A stretch of 64,000 nucleotides of DNA from Octopus vulgaris (Eukaryota), in assembly GCA_951406725.2 (NCBI GenBank), contig OX597817.1, forward strand, positions 166,160,001-166,224,000, read 5' to 3'. The notes below the pieces were generated by a model. The model made no database searches. It was not told the DNA's origin and worked only from the letters and a program-made list of their open reading frames with translations. Positions within the stretch are counted from its first letter, which is position 1; every line of letters begins with the position of its first letter. Below, one piece after another: positions 1 to 12,934 of the stretch. The translations under genes and the position numbers were made by a program.

Positions 1-82
1 GGATTCTCAACAGAAAGCATCTACATGAATTTGAGTAATCCCAGAGAAACAAACTGCCAATCTGTTTATATACTGAACAGTA

Positions 83-182
83 TGCATGCATATGTGTATG
101 TATGTATGTATGTATGTATGTATGTATGTATGTATGTATGTATGTATGTATGTATGTATGTATGTATGTATGTATGTATGTA

Positions 183-218
<36 letters not shown>
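83..218. repeat. (TATG)n/(TG)n/(TA)n compound microsatellite, representative of dozens across the window
   Basis: Directly visible; source of the YVCM/IYIY pseudo-ORFs. Confidence 0.95.
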
Positions 219-421
219 GTTAATCCAAACAAGAAAGCACAAAAAAACACAACAACGCGAGGACGTGGAACAAATATAGTATTATTGGATGCTCAGGAAA
301 GAAGGAAAGAAGGAGGGTTTAACGTTTCGAGCGGAGCTCTTCGTTGGAAACATAGGAGAAGGAAAGATCCAGAGAAGGGAAGACAGAGGAAAAAGAATCG
401 CCAACGGTACACACGAGGTCA
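219..421 (-). mobile_element. Penelope-like element terminal fragment between (TA)n runs
   Basis: Related to 63651-63855 and to the short piece 41725-41790; carries a minimal hammerhead-like motif. Confidence 0.6.
317..351 (-). ncRNA. Decayed minimal type I hammerhead motif (U4C, G5A)
   Basis: Minus strand GTTT-CCAACGA-A-GAGC-tcc-GCTC-GAAAC-GT-T-AAAC: stem I GTTT/AAAC, stem II GAGC/GCTC, palindromic AACGTT stem III. Confidence 0.6.
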
Positions 422-489
422 CATATATATATATATTGACTGCTAACTCTAAAAGTTTGTATTCTCTCTCCGTTTATTTCATCGTGTTC

Positions 490-525
490 CTTTCTGTTAA
501 AGAGCGTGGGCTCGAAACGCAAAAG
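490..525 (+). ncRNA. Decayed hammerhead-like motif in PLE-type end (435-545)
   Basis: CTTT-CTGTTAA-A-GAGC-gtgg-GCTC-GAAAC-GC-A-AAAG; same family as 14633 and 16197. Confidence 0.45.
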
Positions 526-1374
526 ACTTTCTCACCTTCCTAAACGTGAGAAAGCCACCTAACTCTAGATCAATGAAATTTTACAAACGCTAGTTGCTGA
601 CGTCACTTAATTCTAGATCAATGAAATTTTACCTCCCATAAAAACTGAAAATACAACAAAATGACCCTTTAAGAGAATCAACCAGCTTGAACGGCTGATG
701 ACCGTTCTTCACATGGAAGCCAGCCTGGCAGAACGACAAACTTGACCACTAGAAAATAATGACGTCGCCAGTACTTTAATGAATTAAAAATCATATCCGT
801 TTGCGGATAAAATTATAAATACGCCGGATTGCAAAAGAACTCTGTTGTAATCAAAAGTTCTTGCTCACGACAGAAAAGAAATCACAGAAAGAATCACAGA
901 AACTGTAAACCAAATCCTTTTTTCACTATCTTCGTTTCTCCCTTGTTTTTCTCCCTCTTAATCCAGTATGACTGAAAGTTAGATAATATTCATTTCTAGT
1001 GGACCACTAATAACACTATTGAAATTTGTACATTTACACGAGTTGATCAACAGTTTTTATATTATTGACTTATGAACATTTAAACTTGTCAACATTGAAT
1101 CTTTTAAACATGTTTTTCTAATTCATAATTCTAAATTGTTACCATTGATAAACAAGAAATATTGTGGAAACTAGTTTGGTATATATGTAAATAAATTTAT
1201 CTTAAAGCAATTACAAGTTTTTAAAATTTAGGTGCATTTTCAACAACAAATTTTCCTCGAGAATTACCCAACAGATTTCTTTCAAATTTTATACATGCCT
1301 TACTTAGGGTCCATGCAAAATATATTCAACTTCTTGCCTAATGCGTGCCCAGAGCAATCTCTTATCTCTTACAT

Positions 1375-1435
<61 letters not shown>

Positions 1436-1739
1436 CGAAGGATATTTCAGTATAATCCTCATATACAAAATAAAATATTACAGAGATATACACAATCTTT
1501 AAGATACCATGTTCGCGTTTGTTGCGTGTGTGTGTATGTGTGAGTTAGCGTGTGAGTGAGTGTGTGTGCGCACGCAAATGCACACACACATATATAGTTA
1601 TATATATGTGAATGTATATAATACACACATACATTCTCGATCTAAATTTGGCAAATTGCATAAAAAGAAAACAAAACACAATATCCCGCCCCAAAAAAAC
1701 AGTATCTTTTAAAAAATTAAAATTACCAGCTAGATTATA

Positions 1740-2640
1740 GTTGAGAAATAACAGATTCCGCGACGACTTCAAGATGGCTCCAAAATTTGGCGCATGTGTT
1801 CCTTACTGTGTAACGGAGATCTTCGAACACTTGCTTGATCTTGGCCGCAGGTTCGGCCTTGAGGTTACAGGCGGTTCTTTTCATTTGAGAAAAACTAGAT
1901 AATCCATAACTCAACAGGATGGCTCAGTTTGTTCAGGAGCTTCTTTATCTTTGTCAACCGGTTGTATTTGGTCTTGGCTATTAGAATTTAAGGCGGTGAG
2001 CTGGCAGAATTATTAGCACGCCGGGCGAAATGCTTAGCGGTATTTCGTCTGCCGTTACGTTCTGAGTTCAAATTCCGCCGAGGTCAACTTTGCCTTTCAT
2101 CCTTTCGGAGTCGATAAATTAAGCACCAGTTACGCACTGGGGTCGATATAATCGACTTAATCTGTTTGTCTGTCCTTGTTTGTCCTCTCTGTGTTTAGCC
2201 CCTTGTGGGTAGTAAAGAAATAGGTATTTCGTCTGCCATTACGTTCTGAGTTCAAATTCCGCCGAGGTCAACTTTGCCTTTCATCCATTCGGGGTCGATA
2301 AATAAAGTACCAGGTACGCACTGGGGTCGATGTAATAGACTTAATCCCTTTGTCTGTCCTTGTTTGTTCCCTCTGGACCCTTGTTGGCAATAAAGAAATG
2401 AGAATTGTACGGTTGTAGCGAAGGTCTTTATTCAGGGCCAGTTTTATGGCGGCGACTCGAACACCCATTTCTGTTGCCAAAGCATGGGATCTTGTTAGGA
2501 TCTTCCATAACTTTGTCTTGCAGTTGTTAGATAAACCCTGGCATGCGGACGCAGTAAGGACGCCCGTTGTGTCCCTTCCATGACTCTGGCCATGACTCTT
2601 CGGTCTCCATGGCATCCGTCCATGTCATATCTCAAAGAGT
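1740..2640 (-). mobile_element. Tc1/maT-like transposase remnant, interrupted by a SINE
   Basis: Minus-strand translation ALATEMGVRVAAIKLALNKDLRY (HTH-like) and C-terminal AKIKQVFEDL..VRNTCAKFWSHLEVVAE. Confidence 0.5.
1990..2400 (+). mobile_element. SINE family B, tandem dimer
   Basis: Head aaggcggtgagctggcagaa, B-box-like gagttcaaattcc; body repeated from ~2223. Confidence 0.85.
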
Positions 2641-3413
2641 CTTTACTGTGTTCACAAAGCGTTGAGTAGCAGTCATGCTTTCGGCAATTTGATACCAGGT
2701 GCGAATCACCATGCCACAGGTAGCTCTTTTCCAGTGTCCAGATGGCTACTAGTCCTCCATATCATCTATTTTTTTCTCAGTTACAACTTTAATCTCCATG
2801 CTCTCCAACGTTGTTGACTGTTCAGCAATACATCAGTCTGTCCCTAAAAAAGGATAACCCCCCCAAAAAAATCGTCTAATTTAGCCCGAGCATTCTGTCT
2901 ATATATATGTATATATATGCGCATAGATACATACATATTTGCACATACATACATACATACATACAAACAAACATACATACATACATATATTCATGTATAT
3001 ATGTATGCATATATATGCGTATACTCACACTTATATATCTCTATATATGTGCTTTGTATGTATGTTTATACGTACGTGTACTTACATATGTAATTACCGT
3101 TGACAAGTAGACTATTCCAACATATTTCTGTCGTCTGTATCAGAAAACTTGTTGAAATAACGAACCACAAGGTAATTTTTCATCGTATTACCTCGGTTGA
3201 CAATCTTAGAGACACCTAATTTACAAACTGGTCAACTTTTTAACTTACATACGCATAAAGTTCGAGGTTAATATGTGATTCAGAGTGCTTGTCTCTTTAT
3301 TTTTTTTTTTTCGTAGTTTCGTTTTCATGACGTTTATGTTGAGGTTGTCTTTAAGAGTCTGTTTGTTTGCAGCTGTCTACGTCTTCTTCTCTGTCTATAT
3401 ACACACATATATA

Positions 3414-3499
<86 letters not shown>

Positions 3500-3661
3500 T
3501 ATGTGTCAAAGTTTGTCACTAATCCTTCTCTATCGGTCTTATCAAGCCCCGCCCCATTCTCTATATCAATTTTACTATCTTTTCCATCTCGGTTTCCACA
3601 CTCACACATACCCCGATAAGTACGTGTGTGTGTGTGCATATACATACATACACATATATAC

Positions 3662-3715
<54 letters not shown>

Positions 3716-3732
3716 GTAAATATATGTATATG

Positions 3733-3779
<47 letters not shown>

Positions 3780-3840
3780 AAACATATAAAAAAAGGGGAG
3801 TTTCTGGATCACAAACATATAAAAAAACATTAAGTTCACC

Positions 3841-3904
<64 letters not shown>

Positions 3905-3975
3905 GTATGTATGCATGTATGCATGTATGGATGTGTGTGTGCGCGCGCGTAATGCATATATATATATATATATAT

Positions 3976-4430
3976 AATTAAGTTAAAACATGTGCTGGAC
4001 AGGTACTGTGCTTCGTCTACTTCCAAATATAAGAATCGATGTCTTATCTATCGGTAATGTAACTCTGCAGGTTTTCCAGCTCTTTTCACAGCGACACCAG
4101 TGTTAGATTCAATGACCTTGATGGGTACAGTATTCCTCAAGACCTCTGAACGAAATACAGGCAACCTACGGATCGAAGAGGCCACCTTTATGCATTAGCT
4201 GAAGTCAGCTCTAAACAACAGAGAAGACCTACACGAAGCAGATTAGCTGTTATAAGAACACAATTCTGCACAAGTCACGACACTCTCCTTCTTATTCCAC
4301 CTTCTTTCTCTACGTATCTTGAAGAAGGGATCTTAACCCCGAAACTTCGAAATACAAGGTTAAACTTCAACTGTTGTTTAGTCGTTCCTTTCGTAGTTCA
4401 TTTAGTATTTCGTTTAGCATTGCATCAATC
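3976..4430 (+). mobile_element. Penelope-like GIY-YIG endonuclease C-terminal remnant plus 3' end with decayed HHR-like motif (4314-4355)
   Basis: Translation LKTSERNTGNLRIEEATFMH*LKSALNNRED; then TTGAAGA-A-GGG..CCCC-GAAAC. Confidence 0.55.
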
Positions 4431-4744
4431 TTATCAAGTTATCTCTCTGTCTCTCGCGCGCGTGTGTACATGTGTAAATAGCAAACTAAAATAAGCAAAC
4501 TACGGGTACACACACCACGTATCTGGGGTTTCGCAGGGTTTTCTGCAATTTTTATTCCTACTTACAAGTATCAAGCATACTTATTCCTTCTCCACAAGTA
4601 TCGCAGTTGTTTTACAAGTATTTTGCTAGTCGCCTAGATATTACACGATAAATTATTTTTACCTGGGACCCTACGAGTAGCAACTACCTCTAATGCTTGC
4701 GAAGTATTCAGTATTAGTGTGTAGCTAATTTCTCTTTTCTTTTA

Positions 4745-5140
4745 CTCTTTTACTTGTTTCAGTCATTTGACTACGGCCATGCTGGAGCACTGCCTTTAGT
4801 CGAGCATATCGACTCCAAGACTTCTTTCTAAGCCTAGTACTTATTCTATCGATCTCTTTTGCCGAACCGCTAATTTACGGGGAAGTAAACACACCAGCAT
4901 CGGTTGTGAAGCGATGTTGGGGGGGGGGGGGACAAAAACACACACACAACCATATACTCACATACATATACATATACATATATACGACAGGCTGCTTTCA
5001 GTTTCCGTCTACCAAATCCACTCACAAAGCTTTGGTAGGCCCGAGGCTATAGTAGAAGACATTTGTCCAAGGTGCCACGCAGTGGGAATGAGCCGGGAAC
5101 CATGTGGTTGGTAAGCAAGCTACTTACCACACAGCCACTT
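4745..5140 (-). mobile_element. SINE family A (tRNA-type head, CORE-like cttgggcaagt segment, central microsatellite)
   Basis: Reverse complement of the repeat at 7621, 9798 etc. Confidence 0.85.
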
Positions 5141-5394
5141 TAGCGCTTATATGGCTACTTACCACTCAGCCACTCCTAATCCTTTTAATGATTTCCATTC
5201 TCTATCATAGTTCAGTATTTTCTTTGAATTTCATTCAAAGGGTTCAGTAAAATATAAAAAAGCCACCATATCATAATAGCATTTGTGAAAGTCTGTAAAC
5301 GTGACTCTTCCTATGATTCGAAGGCCAAGCTATTGACATATACAGTGCTACATCTGTTTTAAATGGCGGGTAGCGTCTTTTGAATATTATGTTA

Positions 5395-6275
5395 GAGGTA
5401 CTGAAAAGTTAAGTCGCTTTTCATGTAATGAGTATAAATCAGCATAAAACATATCGTAAATATATTGGGTTGTCCGGAAAGTTCGAGCCGATTTTTAAAG
5501 AAAAGAAAAAGGTCAATAAATACTTGCCATTACATTTTTAATCAACCAAATATGAAGCGTTTTGTTTCACAATGCGTCTCCATCATTCCTTTAACTTGAA
5601 AATACCCTCTTCCCAGAACTGAGGCGGTTTCATGGCAAAGAATTCATAAAAGTATCTTTTTACGTCATCCAAGGAATTAAAATTTTTACCATTAAGACTA
5701 TTCTGCAAAGACCTGAATAAGTGGAAATCTGAAGGAGCAATATCTTGTGAATATGGAGGGTGGGGTAACACATCCCAGCCAAGCTGCAGCAATTTTTGTC
5801 TGGTTCCCAAAGCATCAAGTGTCGAAAATGAACTTTCTTATCTTCCATTTTAAAGGGTTACAGAATTAACACAGATTATAGGAACATAAACCTTCTTCCC
5901 AGAAAAGATAGCTTAATCTGTGCTCTAAATGGAGATGTAGTCAAATTCTATTTTATGGACTCAACCATGTTCTAAAATAAGTCGAAATGTAAGCTACTAT
6001 AAATCGGCACGAACTTTCCGGACAACCCAATATTTATTCATTCAAAATATAATTACCATCGTTAGCAATAACATTTTCCCACTTCGAAACCAATTTTACG
6101 AAACCTCAGGCAAGAATAAAATTCATGTTCTTTAAAACAGGAAAACGTCTGGAGTACTGTCTCAACATTGTACCTGTTTCTGAATGTATTTTTTCTCTAC
6201 AGATAAAATGTTCAAGGGAGGTGACTAAGCGAAAATCTGAAAATACTAAGTTTAGTAAGTAAGAAGGGTGAGGTA
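5395..6275 (-). mobile_element. Old mariner transposase C-terminal remnant hosting a younger mariner
   Basis: PHPSYLLNLVFSDFRLVTSLEHF matches decayed mariner PHPPYSPDLAPSDF motif. Confidence 0.6.
5465..6030 (-). mobile_element. Internally deleted mariner element
   Basis: TIRs TTGGGTTGTCCGGAAAGTTCG(A/T)GCCGATTT, TA target duplication; N-term MEDKKVHFRHLML joined to C-term WDVLPHPPYSQDIAPSDFHLFRSL. Confidence 0.93.
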
Positions 6276-6508
6276 AGCGGCGAGCTGGCAGAAACGTTAG
6301 CACGCCGGGCGAAATGCTTAGCAGTATTTCGTCTGCCGTTACGTTCTGAGTTCAAATTCCCCCGAGGTCGACTTTGCCTTTCATCCTTTCGGGGTCGATA
6401 AATAAAGTACCAGTTACGCACTGGGGTCGATGTAATCGACTTAATCCCTTTGTCTGTCCTTGTTTTTCCCCTCTACGCTTACCTTCCTTGTGGCCAATAA
6501 AGAAATAA
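6276..6508 (+). mobile_element. SINE family B
   Basis: Matches 1990 copy; ends aataaagaaat. Confidence 0.85.
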
Positions 6509-6599
6509 ATTAGTATATATATATATATATATTTATGTATGTTAATAATACCTACAAGGAGGTGCTTTATCCCTACATTTGGTGAATGGAGCATTGGCC

Positions 6600-7110
6600 A
6601 GGAGGAACTGATGTCGTCAGACGTAGCACCCTCCCGTTGGTGGGTCAGCAGAGGTGGCCAAGTCACTGCTCCTCATCTCCTCCTGGCTTCCAGCTTATTC
6701 GAAAGCCAACAAGAGGCTCTTTCAACTGCTCTCCCATCCTTCGCACTGCCTCACGTTGATCCTTACCTCTCATTCCAATTGTTGTAAACATCCTTCATGC
6801 TGACTGAGAAGGGAATCTTCTCCTACAGCCAACCTCAACCAGGAATATCCATACCTGCCATCCCTTCTCCCTGCAATCCTGCATAAGGCTCTCATATCTG
6901 GCACTCTTCCGTTCATGGGCCTTATCACACCTCCACTTTCCACGAGACTGTTAGTTCAATTACAATAATTTTCTTGGCTTCTTCGGACCAAAGGACCACA
7001 TCTGGCTTCAGGGTTGTATGGATAACCTGGGGAAAATGCAATCTCTCCCCTACGTCCACTTTCATATCCAATGGTTGAGATCATTCAAGCAAGCTATCTA
7101 TTGTTTTTGC
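6600..7110 (-). mobile_element. Hero/NeSL-like RLE non-LTR retrotransposon 3' remnant
   Basis: TTLKPDVVLWSEEAKKIIVIELTVSW / CDKAHERKSARYESLMQDCREKGWQVWIFLVEVGCR (frameshifted PD-(D/E)xK nuclease). Confidence 0.8.
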
Positions 7111-7289
7111 TGCTTTACTGGTCTCTCTCCCTGTTTCACGAACTTAATTGCATCGGTGTATTAAGAAGCTTGCTTCCCAATCACATAATTCCTGGTGAAG
7201 TCTCAGTGTGTGGCACCTTGGGCAAGTGTCTTCTACTATTTATGAGTGGATTTGAAAGACGGAAACTGAAAGAAGCCCGTCGTATATAT

Positions 7290-7608
7290 ATACCAGGCTA
7301 CCAGATGTTGCTACACATCGCTGATCACAATGCGCTTCGCATTGTTTTAGCCTTCAAATGACGCCACCGCGCTGGCTAAGCGAGCAGGCCAACAGAAGAA
7401 AGAGTAAGAAAAAGTTGTGGCGAAAGAGTACAGCAGGGATCGCCACCATCCCCTACCGAAGCCTCGTGGAGCTTTAGGTGTTTTCGCTCAATAAACACTC
7501 ACAACGCCCGGTCTGGGAATCGAAACCGCGATCCTACGACCGCGAGCCCACGACCGCGAGCCCACGACCGCGAGCCCACTGCCCTAACCTTTAGGCCATT
7601 GCGCCTCC
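7290..7608 (-). mobile_element. SINE family C variant (alternative tail; triplicated 14-mer in head)
   Basis: Head ggaggcgcaatggcc shared with 15395; cgaccgcgagccca x3 at ~7537-7578. Confidence 0.75.
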
Positions 7609-7620
7609 ATATATATATAT

Positions 7621-8139
<519 letters not shown>

Positions 8140-8678
8140 ATATATATGTATATACATATACGTCGATGTGGTGGCGATATCTATATTTTAGTAAGTCTCT
8201 ACATGCTAATACAGATTTAATGGTTTGGATTATAAAATCTCTGTTACGTGTCCAAATATATTTGTGTATGTATGTATACACGTATAAATATAAGTATGTA
8301 TATATGTATGTTTGAAAAGTGTGTGTGCGTGTGTGTGTGTGCGTGCGCGCGTGCGTGTTTTTTGCGTCTCCTCGGGGCAATTAGGGTCAGAGAAGTGCAA
8401 CGTGTCTTGAAGTAAAGCAAAATGAATTTCCAGATATCCCATCGCCGCCAATGCTGCAGGGTACATTCCTAAACACTACCACTAACAACATCATCATCAT
8501 CATCATCAACAGCAGCAGCATTGCCATCTTCATCACCACCGTCTACCATTATCACCATCATCAGAAACAGCAGCAGCAACATCAAAGACTAATAACAACA
8601 ACGTTAACATAATTAGCAATAACAACTACCATAAAACCATTAACAATAAATATTAATTATCATATTACAATTCCGCTT

Positions 8679-8836
8679 AAGGCGGCGAGTTGAAAGAACA
8701 GTAAGCACGCCGGACAAAATGCTTAGTGGTATTTCGCCCGTCTTAACGTTCTGAGTTCAAATTCCGCTGAAGTCGTCTTCGCTCCCACGTTTCGAGATCG
8801 ATAAAATAAGTACCATTTGAGCACTGGGGTCGATAT
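8679..8836 (+). mobile_element. SINE family B, diverged partial
   Basis: Similarity to 6276 copy. Confidence 0.7.
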
Positions 8837-8867
8837 TTACTGCCTGGCAAGGTTACCAATGTACCGA

Positions 8868-8933
<66 letters not shown>

Positions 8934-8952
8934 TGTGTGTGTGTGTATATAC

Positions 8953-8983
<31 letters not shown>

Positions 8984-8993
8984 CATGCATATG

Positions 8994-9078
<85 letters not shown>

Positions 9079-9190
9079 GAGGGGCTTCTTTCAGTTTCCG
9101 TCTACCAAATCCTCTCATAAGGTTTCGGTTGGCCGAAGGTGCTACATAGTGGTTGGGAAGCAAGCTTCTCACCACACAGCCACTGCTGCG

Positions 9191-9270
<80 letters not shown>

Positions 9271-9339
9271 CCGGGGTGAATCTTATTATCTTAATTATAA
9301 TATTATCTTACACATCTGTTCGATTTCCACTCATTTATT

Positions 9340-9710
9340 AGAACCGGATCATCCTCGCAATTTCGGCTGATTAATCTTGAGATTGCACCGACCTGGTCAG
9401 CCCCAAAGGAAAATCTAAGCCAAGCGCATTAGAGTCCTTGGAAGAAAGCCTCGAATGTATACAAAACAAGGACGGAAAACCGGACGATGTTACACGAATA
9501 AGAATACAAAAATAGGTAAAAACAATATGATAATAATAATAACAAAAGCAGAACGTCACAAACAAGCGTCTTTTCGACAGGACGAGTAAACTTCCAAAAT
9601 TTTCGTTGCTCTCACATCTTTATCATTGACTAGTTTAAGAGAACATGACACAATAAAATTTGCTTCAATACACGAATTCACATAAAGAATCTTGCAAACC
9701 AGGTGCAAAA
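9340..9710 (-). mobile_element. Repeat family D (putative PLE terminal repeat) preceded by a PLE-like ORF end
   Basis: 9340-9555 near-identical to 13515-13730; upstream ORF ends SCIEANFIV..LVND..ILEVYSSCRK, resembling PLE C-termini. Confidence 0.55.
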
Positions 9711-9797
9711 ATGAAATATGTGTGCGTGTGCGCGTGTGTATGTATACATGCATACGTACATACATATATGCATACATACATACATACATACATACAT

Positions 9798-10215
9798 AGG
9801 CGCAGGAGTGGCTGTGTGGTAAGTAGCTTGCTAACCAACCACATGGTTCCGAGTTCAGTCCCACTGCGTGGCATCTTGGGCAAGTGTCTTCTGCTATAGC
9901 CCTGGGCCGACCAATGCCTTGTGAGTGGATTTGGTAGACGGAAACTGAAAGAAGCCTGTCCTATATATGTATATATATATGTGTGTGTATGCGTGTTTAT
10001 ATGTTTGTGTGTCTGTGTTTGTCCCCCCCCAACATCGCTTCACAACCGATGCTGGTGTGTTTACGTCCCCGTCACTTAGCGGTTCAGCAAAAGAGACCGA
10101 TAGAATAAGTACTGGGCTTACAAAGAATAAGTCCCGGGGTCGATTTGCTCGACTAAAGGCGGTGCTCCAGCATGGCCGCAGTCAAATGACTGAAACAAGT
10201 AAAAGAGTAAAAGAG
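9798..10215 (+). mobile_element. SINE family A, full length
   Basis: Near-identical to 7621 copy. Confidence 0.9.
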
Positions 10216-10234
10216 TATACACACATACATACAA

Positions 10235-10265
<31 letters not shown>

Positions 10266-10466
10266 CATACATATATATGTATGCATATATACACATCTCT
10301 TACTTGATCTAGTCATTGGACAGTGTCTATGCTGTGTCACCTCAGTTCTTGATATTTTTAAGTCTGTAACTTAATCTATCGATTTATTTTGCCGAACCAC
10401 CATGTCACGGTTGTCAAGCAGTAAGAAGAACTAGCCTAACACCAATACAAAAGCACATACCCACTT

Positions 10467-10552
<86 letters not shown>

Positions 10553-10885
10553 ACACGCACACACACACACACACACACGCACACACACACACACACACAC
10601 ATACGTTCTTTTACTTGTTTCATTCATTGGACTGTGTTGATGCTGGTGCAACGACTTGTATGTTTTCAATCAAGCGAATCGACCCCAATACGTATTTATA
10701 AAAAAAAACTCTTAATTATTCTATCGTACACTTTTGCCGAATCGTTACGTTACGGAACACAAACAAACCTGCAGTGGTTGTCATGTGATGGTCGACACAC
10801 ACACACACACACACATGTTAAATAAAATGTAATAACAAAGCCAAGGCTGTGTGGAAGTTTCAGGACATTTATAAAGAGAAAATTA

Positions 10886-10933
10886 GTCTTACAGCTGTTT
10901 CTGGGATATTAAGGATATCTCTTCATCAAAGAC
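10886..10933 (-). ncRNA. Type I hammerhead motif with C3U change and palindromic stem III
   Basis: GTCT-TTGATGA-A-GAGATAT-cctta-ATATCCC-a-GAA-ACAGCTGT-A-AGAC; GUA triplet. Confidence 0.65.
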
Positions 10934-11268
10934 GATGTGAGATTGCTAAATAGAAGAAGATAGTAGAATTAAATATTAGGAGTTATTTTGGAAAAGGATG
11001 GAAATAAGAAGTATAAAGGGAAATAAGAGAATAAAAGTAAAATAAAAATATATGTCGGATGTTACTGTTGCAGTTCCATTAACCAAGGTAAGTGGTGTGT
11101 AGAAGTGGTCGAAATACTTCTTGTCCATGGTATGTAAATTCCGATAGGTATTCATATTTTGCTATTACAAATGGAAATTGTGGAGACGTAGATTCCACAC
11201 TTACCTGCCACTTTGGGTCTTCTGGATACCAATACCGTTCATACCTTTGCTTATCTATCTATCTGTCC

Positions 11269-11343
<75 letters not shown>

Positions 11344-11578
11344 AAGACCATATATATATAGAAAGTTACCCTCCTAGACACAAGTCCGGGCGAGGTTGTT
11401 TATGGAAGACCAGCAGTCGCCCATGTACACACACACATACCAGCCTCCCTTCTCCGTGCCACCAGTGTTATCCAAGGGAAAGACAAACTATACAGCTTGG
11501 CACCTGTGACGTCGCAACTCATTTCTACAGCTGAGTGATATATATATATATATATATCGACGCTCTATGAGCCATGCG

Positions 11579-11626
<48 letters not shown>

Positions 11627-11711
11627 AGAGTAAATAATTTCTATAAAGGCCTTTAAAAAAATCCCAATTATTTACTGGTAGAATTCGGTATATATATATA
11701 TATATATATAT

Positions 11712-12055
11712 GTAGGTCCCGGGTTGATTCGGGGTTAACCACAGTAAATAAGGTACTCAATACATAGCAGAGTAAAATTAATTTATTATATAGAAGGAGC
11801 TTCTACAGGACTAGAACTGTTTCTTTCAAGAGAAATCTTCAGGAAGCTAGTTAACAAGAATTGTATTGGCATTTATACATTTAGGCAGGTTTAAAGGGGT
11901 GGTGGTAGGGGACTTTTTGGGGGTAGGCATAGCGCAAAAATATCATACTTGGGGGAGTGGTCAAGGAGTCAGTGGTAAATTAGATAAAAGAATAAATAAA
12001 AGAATAAAAAAATATATAGAAGAATAGAGTTTTAGGTAAATAAGGAGATTCTCAC
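11712..12055 (-). mobile_element. PLE-type terminal fragment in (TA)n
   Basis: Contains a HHR followed by AATAAA (11782-11787, minus). Confidence 0.55.
11798..11848 (-). ncRNA. Type I hammerhead ribozyme, intact core
   Basis: AGCTTC-CTGAAGA-TTTC-tctt-GAAA-GAA-ACAG-ttctagtc-CTGT-A-GAAGCT: all three stems fully Watson-Crick paired; GUA cleavage triplet. Confidence 0.85.
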
Positions 12056-12121
12056 TTATACCTATACACATATGTATACATATATACACACACACACACA
12101 CATATACATACACACATACAT

Positions 12122-12180
<59 letters not shown>

Positions 12181-12201
12181 CACATACATACATATATCTA
12201 C

Positions 12202-12232
<31 letters not shown>

Positions 12233-12862
12233 TGCATATACATATACACACACACATGTATATATACACACACGACCACACATACACATACACACAAAAA
12301 AATATATACATACACACACATACACATACACACATAGACACACATATCCACATACACACATGCACACACAACACACAAGTCCCTATATACACATATATAC
12401 ATATACACATATATATATATATATATATATACAAACATATATATATATACATATGTGTACCTATACATACCTACACATACACACATATACATACAAATAC
12501 AAACCCATTCCCTAATTTTAATTTTATTATCTTCATTTATTACTTTTGTTATCTTTGACCGCTGGTCACAAGCATCTTGGCTAGGACAGCAAGTCCATTT
12601 ATCTTTCTACTTGAACACAAGCACTCACTCACGCGCGCACACTCATTAGCACGCACACTCACTCATTCGTACACTCATACACACACACGCACGCACGCGT
12701 TATATTCATACATACATACATCTACATACATTCACGTATATACAAATACGTACGCGTACCTACAGATTCATGTCTACAATCTTAGAAGACTAGTCTATAC
12801 ATATACACCAATAAATATATATACACACATACATATACACCTACATACAAATACATACATAC

Positions 12863-12922
<60 letters not shown>

Positions 12923-12934
12923 GTATATGCATAT

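Noticed and set aside
540-1380. DNA transposon with 20 bp direct repeat ctagatcaatgaaattttac
   Set aside because: No termini or coding relic identified
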